Source of the DNA: Chromera velia
Taxonomy: Eukaryota
Assembly (NCBI GenBank): GCA_018398765.1
Contig: JAHBMJ010000113.1
Location: 115,466-135,465 of the forward strand
Direction of reading: 5' to 3'
DNA length: 20,000 nucleotides
In this document: positions 1 through 10,213 of the stretch, one piece after another
Layout: each line of letters starts with the position of its first letter
How positions within the stretch are numbered: the first letter of the stretch is position 1
The notes under the pieces: model-generated
Told to the model about the DNA's origin: nothing
What the model saw: only the letters and a program-made list of their open reading frames with translations
Database searches by the model: none
Made by a program: the position numbers and the translations under genes

Positions 1-171
1 TTTTTCTTTTTTTATTTCAAGTGCCTCCAAAAGACAAAGAATCACTTTCGATTCTGAAACTTACTTTTCCACACAAAATGTGAACCTAACTGTTGACCTA
101 AAAAAAAAAAAAGAAAAAAAAAAAGTTGAGGACGCCTAATTTTTTTTTTCTTTTTTTTTATGTGCGGCGCC
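1..171 (-). mobile_element. MITE copy 1 (truncated by window start), same family as 16025-16263
   Basis: Reverse complement of 1-171 aligns along its length to 16025-~16205 (ggcgccgcacata-An-g-An-ttaggcgtcc(t/c)caac-Tn...gaaaagtaagt...ttttggaggcactt); terminal repeat tatgtgcggcgcc at 159-171. Confidence 0.8.
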
Positions 172-1280
172 TGGGACTAATATAATGCTAGATATAATGC
201 CAGAGTGATTAAGCTACGCATCTCCCTCGCAATTGAAGGGCACAGAGAAGTGCGCAGATTCAAGTCGATCAGCCCGCATGTTGATTGTGAACTGTTCTTT
301 GCTTGCTCTTTTTTCTTTAATTCATCTTCTCTTCTTGTTTTTTGCATGAATGCGGACTGCAATCAATCACGGATCCTTTGCCGTCCCTGTCCTTGAGAGG
401 ACAGACGGAGAATTAAAGTGGAGGGAGAGACGGCCATTCTCCTCTCCTCCCACCCTTCTCTCTCGGCCTTTCTCCTTTCCAGACTCGTATCATCACAATC
501 TCCTCTCCACTACTAAAACTCAAACAGTTAGACACAAAACTCGCTGCTCGACGCTCCCACCCGCGATAGTCCACCCACCCAGCCAGTCAGACAGTCAGTT
601 GGTTGGTCGGTCAGTAGGGAAGGAGTCAGCCAACAAGCAGGAGACGCCTGCTTCATGCATGCATGTGTTGTGTTGTTAGGCGTTTCTTCGCTGCCGCACA
701 AAAAAAAAAAGTGCACGAGCTGGCAAAGAGAGAACGAAATCTCTTGCAAGTAATCTGTCACCACCCAACAATCCTTTAAATTAAATTTATCGAGATGCAC
801 ACAGGGAGGGGCAGAGAGAGAGAGAGAGAGAGTAGGACGGCATTCCTTGTCACAGCCGGTCGATCGACAAACAATCAAAAAATCTCTAACAGAGTCAATC
901 AAACAATCATTGAATGAATTTCCGTGTGTCGCCAATCAGTCGATATCGACTGGCTGAGTTTTTTTATGAAAATGAAACCACATCGGCCTCTGTTCAACCT
1001 TCAAAACAAAAAAATGAAGACATCAAACAGAATGATTTGCCTTTCCACCTCACCCACGCTGGTGAACAACGCAGCGAATGAGAAGATAACGATGAAAAAC
1101 AAAAAACGAGGAATGAATCATCCTTTCACGCAATAATGCAAAGGCGCACACACCAATGCACAAATGCACGAACACACACAGTGGAACGGAACGCACGCAC
1201 GCACGCAGTATGAATGAATCAAAAAATTCCTTTCACTACGCCCTGCCCCCCGGTCGCCGGAATGCGCCTCACGCACGCAC

Positions 1281-1400
1281 TTTCCAGCGTGAGAGGACGC
1301 AGTTAACTCGTTTCGCCCGCATGTCCTTGCCCTTTTTCTCCTTTTCAGGCCCATACACTCAGGAAGAGATCCCGTACAAATGAGAGCGCAAGATTGCTTC
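1281..1400 (-). pseudogene. Probable decayed exon of an unknown minus-strand gene
   Basis: 120-nt phase-0 segment between a pyrimidine-rich ...ctagcag acceptor and a gtgcgt donor; reads EAILRSHLYGISS*VYGPEKEKKGKDMRAKRVNCVLSRWK with one in-frame TGA (1359-1361). No family recognised. Confidence 0.3.
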
Positions 1401-1794
1401 CTGCTAGCAGAAGGGGCTTCCAGTAGGGGGCGAGACCGAGGGGAACAGGGAGAAAGAATGGGGGGGGGGGGGGAGGGAGGACGACGGGAGGGAGTGCGAG
1501 TGGAAGACGGGAGAGGCACTCAGGGAGGGAGGGAGGAGGAAGGCAAGGAGACAGACAGGGAGCCAGATTTAAGCCTGGCTCGCGAGTCATATACAGGGCA
1601 AAAACATGCAGGCGAAGAAGAACAAAACAAGCGTTGTAGGTGTAAGCAGAGGAACGAAGCCGATAGAATCGAAATTTTCTTTCGACTTGCCGAACGACAC
1701 GGCACCAGTAAGTCAACATATCATAGAAGGAAAATCGTTCATTAATTCCGACTTGCCAGGCGGAAGAAAGAGACACAACGAATGATGACTTCCC

Positions 1795-1796
<2 letters not shown>

Positions 1797-1869
<73 letters not shown>

Positions 1870-1878
1870 AGAGAGAGA
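1797..1878. repeat. (GA)n microsatellite
   Basis: Near-perfect GA dinucleotide run of about 80 bp. Confidence 0.97.
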
Positions 1879-2025
1879 AAGCGTGATCAGTTGCCAATCG
1901 TAGTCACTCAGCCGGCACTAAGTTTCCGCGCCGACCAGTCTTGTCGATTGCGCCCGTAGGTCTCCTCTAGATAAAGTTTGTGAGTCAGGAAGAGAGTGTG
2001 CAAACTTCATGCTTCTCCCTCTCGT

Positions 2026-2831
2026 AGGACATGGAGCAGGCTTGCCGTCCAGCGGCGGGGAAGGCGACGCTACAGACGTTCCAGGTGCAGAGCCGAGGCC
2101 GGGGGGCTGTGAGGGTGGCAGGGAGGTTTCCGTTCCTGCAGGACCCGAGGCGCCTTTCGTCAACAGCATCTGTAAGGAGTCAAAGGGAGCAGCAGGGAGG
2201 CCTGGGGGTTGACGTGCACCTCCTCCTCCTGGGGTGAGAGGACACTGCCAGGAATGCGCGGCAGTATTGGTGTCTGCAGTCCCGAGAGGGGGGGATCGGA
2301 AAGGAGAGCGGGGAGGTAATCTCGCAGCTTCTCCACTCTGCCTTGATGCAGGAGAAGGCATGACAAGTTTGATGCCTTCTGGAGCCTGACGCAAACCCGG
2401 AACGACTGTTGCTATAGATGGAGCGGGATGGAGTTTTGTTTAGAAGGGGGGCTGAAGGTGGTTGCCGTTGTTGCCTGTGTGTGGTGGGGTTGTCATTAGT
2501 TGGCTTGCCTAGTGCTGCAGTTGGAGAAAGGGATGGGGACCCCGTTTGCTGCTGTGTCTCTTTGAAATGGGAGTGAACGGCTTGGTGGATGGCCTGCCTG
2601 AACATGTTCCGGTTGGCTCCTGAAGGTGCGCCTGCCCCTTCTGCCAGGGCTTGGGAGGAGAAGGAAGAAGACGAAAGAGAAATGGACGCCTTTTCCGGCT
2701 TTGGCTGCTGCTGTTTCCCTATGTCTCCGTCACACTCAGCTTCGGTGTCACCAAACGGGGGCTCCCCATGTACCTCTTCCTCCCCCCTTCCTCTGGAGTC
2801 CTGGGCGTCTTCAGACGTAGAAGATGACTCG
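2026..2831 (-). repeat. Inverted duplication arm B: copy of 5932-6734 (kinase N-terminal exon fragment)
   Basis: Manual alignment of the reverse complement to 5932-6734 gives about 30 substitutions (mostly transitions) and one 3-bp indel in ~800 bp. The ORF track shows the same peptides (SEDAQDSR...HGEPPFGDTEAE..., MRQAPEGIKLVMPSP...) on opposite strands. Confidence 0.95.
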
Positions 2832-2978
2832 CACAAATACACGCGCCCTGCGCCGCCCCCCTGCAAATCACAAACAATTAAGGGTGGTCGATCCTGAAGC
2901 ATTGTTAATTTACATGCATGGCCGCTGCTGATTTGACAGCTCACAACGCAGAGCCTCAAGTTCGATTTCATCAAGCAG
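2832..2978 (-). repeat. Inverted duplication arm A: diverged copy of 7191-7343 (3' end of kinase intron plus start of the Gly-loop exon)
   Basis: Reverse complement tgcttgatgaaatc...tgaggctctgcgttgtgagct...ttgtttgtgatttgcaggggggcggcgcagggcgcgtg matches 7191-7332; encodes GGGAGRVYLCE versus GGGAGRVHLYS. Confidence 0.9.
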
Positions 2979-3319
2979 CGCAGACTGGTCATTGAACAGC
3001 GCAGACTGGGGAAGCATATATTAACATATGGGGCAGCAGACAGTGCATGAACAACTCATGCACGCGCTCTTGTCAGTTGCCGTCTCCCTCTCCGCTTCTG
3101 GATAGTATGCTTCTGCTTGTTTTCCCTCTCTGCACCATCTCTTTGCTGTCTCGAACCACAGAGTCTTTTCTGATGACTTGAAGAGATTTATTTTAGATAG
3201 TGTGCAAGAGAAAGGCGAATTTTGTGGGATTCAGATTCACGGAATTAATTCGTCGGATTTTCTTCAGGCTTGCATGCATGGTGGAGCATGCCGGAGATTG
3301 CCGGAGCTCTATAGCTCAC

Positions 3320-3975
3320 AGCGCGGCCGCGCGGAAGCGGGGCCGACCACGGTCGTGGGCCGCGCGGAGCCCTATATATTAGGTATATAGCTATAGCTAA
3401 TTTGGAGTGAATGGCCCCGGAAAGCGAAGCGGGGGGCACTTAGAAAACAGAAATACCCCAGCCCACGTGCATGCACGCACGCTGCCTTTCGGCAAAAAGC
3501 CGGCCCCGAAAGGCTGAATGTGCGCCAAATGTGCGTACGTCAGGTGGACTTCAAACCCGATTACCCGATTTTCACCAAAAAAAGGCCCCGGAAAGATCCC
3601 GCCCCAAATGGTCCAGAAAAGCGTGCATGAACCCGCGTTGTCATGCATGCGTGCGTCAGTGGCCCCGGAAAGCGATAAGCTGCATCCCCGGGCTTTTTTC
3701 CTGGGGGAGGGGGGGTTCTACGGCTTTTCCCGCGGGGGGGGGTCGGCGCGACTGCCTAATCGGCTGGCCGGCGTGCGTCAATCGTGAAGTTCTCATTTTT
3801 CTTGCTTTCCGGGGCCGTTCGCAAGCTTGCTTGCGTCAGATACCCCAGCCCACGTGCGTGCACGCACGCTGTCTTTCGGCAAAAACCCGGCTCCGAAAGG
3901 CTGAATGTGCCAATCGTAAAGTTCTCATTTTTCTTGCTTTCCGGGGTCGTTCGCAAGCTTGCTTGCGTCAGATTA
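3320..3975. repeat. Modular GC-rich repeat block (possible non-autonomous element)
   Basis: GGCCCCGGAAAG at 3413, 3584 and 3661, inverted at 3805 and 3937 (the last with one mismatch); ~70-bp module Y at 3453-3523 and 3840-3910; ~63-bp module X at 3779-3841 and 3911-3973. Confidence 0.75.
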
Positions 3976-5834
3976 AGCGATCGACATGCAGGCTCGATCT
4001 GCTGCATAGACGCCAAATGGGCGTCCGTCCAGATATATATGGAGAGGTCAGTATAACAAGATGCATGTCAGTACATGTGATCCAAGCTAGAATCACAGTT
4101 TGGGAGATGTTCTACGGAAGCTCTGCAGACAGACAACGTCAAACAACTGTAACAGCTATTCGAGTTTGATGGGACTTCGGGTATGCATTCTTTTGTCTGA
4201 AGGCCTTGCACGTGACTTCTCACAGCTCGTTTGAGCTGTATACAGATTGCTGCTTCTCTTACGCCATGTAGAGCCATTTTAATTTAATTCTTCCCCCCCC
4301 CGACTTACTGGGGGAGTCAAATCGCTCAGGTGTGGCAGATAAAGGAAAAGTGTGAGGAAAAAGAAGCCTGGAGAAGGGAGCTGAAGCGACGGGTCAGTTG
4401 ATGCATGCAGGCATATATGTGATGATGCATGTATGCGTTTACCTCTCCATTCTTGCCATGCATGATCGAGGCGGTCCAACCAGTGGTTCCACTATGCATG
4501 TGAGAGATTGCACAGCTACGTCCATCGATGCATTGATACCTGCATGGGCATGAAGGCTTTATGTAGAAGGACGACAACATCCATGTGTCAAACGATCTGG
4601 CCAAGAGGATCGACATCATCATGCAGACACGCAAGTCAATATTTTCGAGAAAACGAGGCAAAGGCAGGCAGACAGGCAGGAAGGGGTAGCGTCTGTCACC
4701 CAAATTTTTGCTTTCTGTCTCAACCCCTGTCAGCCCGTCAGTCTCTGAGTCCGTCCGCGGTTGTTCATTCACTCAGACAGCTTGTCTTTCTGTCTGTTCG
4801 GCAGCCCGTCTATCTTATCATCCATTGACGAGTCTGTCCCCTCTTTCACTCCTTCAGATGCATTTGCATGCCTTGTGATGCGGGGAGTAATGCTCATAGA
4901 GAAACAGAGGTACAGCTAGATAAAAGAAGAGAAGAGAACTTTCAAGCTGACGGGTGTGCGAAGTATCGCAGAGGCAGAACCGTATTCCAATGCTTAACTT
5001 ACCTTCAAGTTCTCTAAGTCTAGTCGAGTCTCCCCTTTACATCTTTTTATCTCACAGAAACTGACTGTCCCCCCACTGTGCCCTCTTTTCTTCCCTTTCA
5101 CAACCCCCCTCCTTCGTCCCTTTCGGCTTGAAGGCTTCCATCCTGCCTGAGTCAACAGATGATACTCCTGACAAAAAGCTAAAAGGGCCGGCCGGAGAGG
5201 AGGATGGAGAAGACAGAAAAAAAGAGGCAGAGACGGGAGGAGGTAAGAAGGAATCCAATCGAGAGACGGAGAAGGGCAAAGAAGGCGTTACGGAGGAACA
5301 AGAAGGGGAGCCACCTGGCAGTGCAAAGGACGAGAAAGACCCTTTCAAGCGGGTAAATCTGAACGCGCCCCTGGAAAAAAGCATTGACGAAAAAGAAGAG
5401 GCTGAAAAGGTAGAGCAAGCTACTGAAGCTGCAGCAGAAGTGGAAGACAACACCGCAGCGGCAGCTGAAGCGTCGGCAGATGTCAAAGTGAGCAAAGAAA
5501 AAGCAAATAAAGCAATCGAAGAGGCCGAGAAGAAGAGAGCAGAAGCAGAAGAGACATTCCAAAAAGTAGCAGAGGAGAAAGGGCAGAAGGAAGGAGAGGC
5601 AGAGGAGGCAAGGAAAGCTATGCAAGAGAAAAAAGCCAAAGGCAAAAGAGAAGGCCTGGGCAGCCCGTAAAGCAGATGCCGAAGCAAAAAAGGAAGATGT
5701 GGGTGAGGAGAGGGAGACCTCAGGAGAGTTTTCAGTCCAAGCTGCTCCCTCTTCTTCCTCTTCATCTACTTGGCCCAATCGATTTGTGTTCCAAAACGCT
5801 CAATACGAACCCCGTTCATCTCCCCCCCCCCCCA

Positions 5835-5849
5835 NNNNNNNNNNNNNNN
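5835..5849. other. Assembly gap (15 N) between poly-C tracts
   Basis: Run of N flanked by C homopolymers; the true length is unknown, so reading frame across it is unverified. Confidence 0.98.
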
Positions 5850-7974
5850 CCCCCCAACCCTTGCCGCCGTCTCTTTCCGTGGGTGCCGACTTAGACAGTT
5901 TAGGAATGACAGAGCTTTCTCTGAGGGAGACCGAGACACCTTCTGCGTCTGAAGACGCCCAAGACTCCAGAGAAAGGGGGGAGAAAGAGGTACATGGGGA
6001 GCCCCCGTTTGGTGACACCGAAGCTGAGTGTGACGGAGACACAGGGAAACAGCAGCAGCCAAAGCCGGAAAAGGCGTCCATTTCTCCTTCGTCTTCTTCC
6101 TCCTCCCAAGCCCTGGCAGAAGGGGCAGGCGCACCTTCAGGAGCCAACCGGAACATGTTCAGGCAGGCCATCCACCAAGCCGTTCACTCCCATTTCAAAG
6201 AGACACAGCAGCAAACGGGGTCCCCATCCCTTTCTCCAACTGCAGTACTAGGCAAGCCAACTAATGATAACTGCACCAGGCACAGGCAATAACGGCAGCC
6301 ACCTTCAGCCCCCCTTCTGAACAAAAATCTATCCCGCTCCATCCACAGCAACAGTCGTTCCGGGTTTGCGTCAGGCTCCAGAAGGCATCAAACTTGTCAT
6401 GCCTTCTCCTGCATCAAGGCAGAGTGGAGAAGCTGCGAGATTACCTCCCCGCTCTCCTTTTCGATCCCCCCCTCTCGGGACTGCAGACACCAATGCTGCC
6501 GCGCATTCCTGGCAGTGTCCTCTCACCCCAGGAGGAAGAGGTGCACGTCAACCCCCAGGCCTCCCTGCTGCTCCCTTTGACTCCTTACAGATGCTGTTGA
6601 CGAAAGGCGCCTCGGGTCCTGCAGGAACGGAAACTTCGCTGCCACCCTCACAGCCCCCCGGTCTCGGCTCTGCACCTGGAACGTCTGTAGCGTCGCCCCC
6701 CCCACCGCTGGACGGCGAGCCTGCTCCATCTCCTGTCTCCCAGCCCTTACAAGTGCCTTCAGCAGCAGAAACAGTAATGCAACGGCTAGCACAGGAATAG
6801 AAACAATTAAAAAACAATTTCCAGAAGGCCCTTAGAAACAACTACTACGTCATCAAGTTTCTAGGGGTAAGCCAGCGAGAGAAGAGATTCGATTATGGAA
6901 GACCGTGTTGGTTTAATTTGGTCTAATTTTGAAAACGATCATGGGGAGGGGAAAACAGAAAGAAGTTTAACCACAGAAGTCGTCCAGCCCTTCAGAAGCG
7001 TAGAATAGGCAGAAAGAGACATGCAGACAAATTGGGAAAGAGTGTCGAAAAATTGGGAAGAATATACCTTCCTCTGAGGGGTGACCTGTTCATGGTCAAT
7101 TGCAGAGGAAAATCGACAGAAGGCGTTGAATTGGTTTCACAATTGAAAGGCATGAGGATATTGACGGAGGAAAAATTTAGAGCGTGGACTTGCTTGATGA
7201 AATCAGACAGTCACGTGAGGCTCTGCGTTGTGAGCTCTCAAATGAGCAGTGGCTATATATATATCAACACTGCTTCTGGATCGAACAAACACCCTTGTTT
7301 GTGATTTGCAGGGGGGCGGCGCAGGGCGCGTGCATTTATATTCGCACAGGGGCAAGCGGTTTGCCCTGAAGGAGGTCAGGTCAAACCAATTCATCTGAGT
7401 GCAAGAAAGCGCAGAGGACTGATTTTACGTCTCTCATTTGCAGCGTTTGGCTCATTTTGAACACACACTGTAGAAAGAATTGCAGGCAAGATCACTGTGA
7501 AGGCGTAAAACACCATTGCAAGAGAATTCAACCTAAGTGAGAGACGGAGAGAGCGACAAGGCAGAGTAACTATGTCCGATCGGTCATCAGAGGTTATGGA
7601 AATTACTGTCGCTCGACAAGGGAAGAAAGTCATCACTCAGAGGTGAACTGCACAGAAATGGTATGCTGGATGATCAACAAAGCTTTTTTTATGACGTGCT
7701 TGCCATAGCATGTCATAGCACTCTTTTTTGGGCACTTGATTGACACTGCAGATGTCCCTGGAGCATATGGAAGAGGAGGCAGAGGTACTACAGAGGGTGC
7801 AAGGAGACGGAGTTGTCGTGTTCATGGGGTCAGAAAAGTTGCCTGAGGGAAGGGCATACATCGCCATCGAGCACGTCCAGCATGTCAGTCAGAGGAGCGG
7901 CCTATCGATCGTCTGTTTTTTTGTCCGCGAGTGCTTCTGTAACAGCTGATGGTCTCGCCCCTACGTCTCTCTGC

Positions 7975-7978
7975 ATGT

Positions 7979-8040
<62 letters not shown>
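7975..8040. repeat. (TG)n(GA)n compound microsatellite in kinase intron
   Basis: TG run followed directly by GA run, inside intron 7884-8154. Confidence 0.97.
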
Positions 8041-10213
8041 CAAAGAAAGAGAGATAGAAATCGGCTAGTGAGTATCTGTCGGTTTCTTCTGGCATCGCGA
8101 ATATCTTTTAATCGGTACGTGTGTCGTTCTGTCTTTCTGTCTGAGTGATTGCAGACCCTTGACAAAGGTTGGAAAAAGTGCGGAATCCCCTCGCTCCCCC
8201 CCCTCCTTGCGTCCATCGGGGACGCAAGCCTGAAGTTGCACGGCCGGGGGTTCGTGCACAGAGACATCAAGTAGGACAACGTCCTGCTATCCCGGAGGGC
8301 CCCCCTGCTGTGCAACTTCGGTCTAACGTGGAGAGTGGGAGAGGAGGGAGAGGGAGAATCTGTAGGGAGCTTTTTTAGGCACCCTAAGCAAGGGTTGCAG
8401 CCTGCCTGTCCAGAGGAGGACGCCTGGGCATTTGCCCTTTTGTGCATTTCTGTAAGTCCATCTGCAAAAAAACGGGGGCAATTTCTGTTCATGAAGGCGT
8501 CGATCCTCCTTTTTCTCCATTTCCTTTTGCTGCTAGACTGATGGCGGAGCACCATTTTGTGCAGATTGTTAACTGATGCAGGCCGAATCAGATGCGAAGC
8601 CTGACCCGTCATTCCACTTAATTGCTTCCATGCATGCCAACAACAATAGTGTGTGGGGCTACTGCTCTGTGTTTGGTAATATATAACGAACGAGTGATGT
8701 ACGTTGAGTCATTCGGCCAGGGACAGTGCGAAACAGTACGCGTTAAGAGCCCCACATCGCAAATCTATGAATGCAGCTATATGCATCGAAAAAATCTTTC
8801 CATCCCTTTACAGAAAAAACCACTATCAAATACCTTTCTCCAGACTCTGCAGAACGAAAAACAGTGACGGAAAGTAATCGGACAAGCAGAGGACGGCTTG
8901 TATTCCTTCATTTTCCAACCTGAGAATAGCGGTCTCCGTAAGTAATTGTGCTCTGAAACTGCAATTGTGCTGTCAATTCTGTCCTGCAGGAACTTCTCGG
9001 CTTACACCCCCTGCAAAGACACATGAGGCAACGTAAGTTGATCTTAACTGAATCGTAATTCATTCACCGCAAAGTATTTCATTGCCCTCATTGCCCTCTC
9101 GAAAAGAGCATTGTTTTGAAAGTACATACCAGACTATCTGTCCCCCTCTTCCAAGACTCCCCTTTTGACACCTTCCGGATTATTCACGATATGTCGCATC
9201 GACGAAATGTGCTTTGGTTTACCTGTTTGCAGTCTGCAAAGGAGCAGCAATGCAGGATAGAAAATATCTGGAGTCCCTCAGGTCAGCGCCTCCGAATTGT
9301 TTTTCTCTTGGGCACTGCATGCTTCCTCAATTGAACTTCGATGGTCAAAGAATCGATGGCAAAATTTCGGAAAGAATTGAGTATCGCTGATTTGATCAAT
9401 GAAGGTGTTAAAAGGTGTTCCAAGAATTTTTGATGCGTAATGCGAGTCCATCATCAGGAACCGTTGTACAGTCAGAAAGTTTGTTATACAGGGCTGGGGA
9501 TGAAAAAATCTGCCACGCATGCACACAGGGACATTCAGAAACAAAGACCGAAAAGGTGGGTAAGGTTGATAACAGAGATTTGTCAACACACATGAACAAG
9601 CAAGGTCGAGAAAGGCGCTACTCATGCAATGAGTGAGATCCTTCATGCGGCAACCCTGTGTCAAAAGAAAAACCTCGATATACTGCAGAAAACTCGGCAA
9701 CGAGACATTGGAGACTGCACTTTGGGACGTCTTCGAGGGGAGAGGGGGGATTGGGGAGGTTGTCGTAGCTCTTTGGAGCCTTGAGTCGGACTGCTGAGGG
9801 GGAATCAGAAACTGAAGGGTTTGCAAGGAAGGGCGGCAATCTTTGTAGTCTTCTGATGAAGAGCGCTGCCACTTCCGAGTTTTTGGCACACGTATGAATG
9901 CCCTGGTTCTTCTCTCTCATCCATCCATCCTTTCATCGACGCATGTTTCTTCTCTACTTTGGTCAATTAAAAGTCAAAGATTCCCTTCAAGGAGTCTGTC
10001 TGTGGTCGCATGCTGTTCGTTGCACGCTTCGGTAGAAAATTACATGGATCCTCCGTTTTTCACCTTTTATCGACTTTTTCAGCCATGTGCAAGCCAGTCA
10101 AGTTTGCGCGGGTGCTCGTAATACCAGGTCCCTGCCCCGCTGTCACACAGAAAAAGACAGGCTTCCATACGGCCACGCCCGAATTCGAACGACGACCCTC
10201 GTACAGTTCTTAC

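Larger units (their letters stand above)
5065..9797 (+). pseudogene. Spliced Ser/Thr-type (ePK-fold) protein kinase pseudogene with long E/K/A-rich and S/P-rich N-terminal extension
   Basis: Phase-compatible GT-AG exons ~5065-6866, 7312-7374, 7752-7883, 8155-8451, 8990-9032, 9233-9281 and 9689-9797 splice to YYVIKFLG|GGGAGRVHLYSHRGKRFALKE|MSLEHMEEEAEVLQRVQGDGVVVFMGSEKLPEGRAYIAIEHVQH|TLDKGW...LHGRGFVHRDIK*DNVLLSRRAPLLCNFGLTW...FRHPKQ...EEDAWAFALLCIS|ELLGLHPL... This gives GxGxxGxV, AxK, alphaC Glu, HRDxKxxN, (D>N)FG and DxW. Disablements: frameshifts near 5640 and 6325, TAA 6290, TAG 6798, TAG 8272. The 5' end is not defined. Confidence 0.88.

Noticed and set aside
937..952. Perfect 16-bp palindrome CAGTCGATATCGACTG
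   Set aside because: Isolated, and TCGA/ATCGAT-rich words are common in this DNA; no supporting context.
3413..3975. CRISPR-like array, or coding ORF 3471-4169
   Set aside because: Repeats are irregularly spaced and in both orientations, with no unique equal-length spacers; the ORF merely translates the repeats.
5052..5778. Minus-strand hydrophobic ORFs (237 aa, 199 aa)
   Set aside because: Antisense shadows of the E/K/A-rich plus-strand coding region.
7740..7949. Stand-alone 69-aa ORF
   Set aside because: It is kinase exon 7752-7883 plus intron read-through, not a separate gene.
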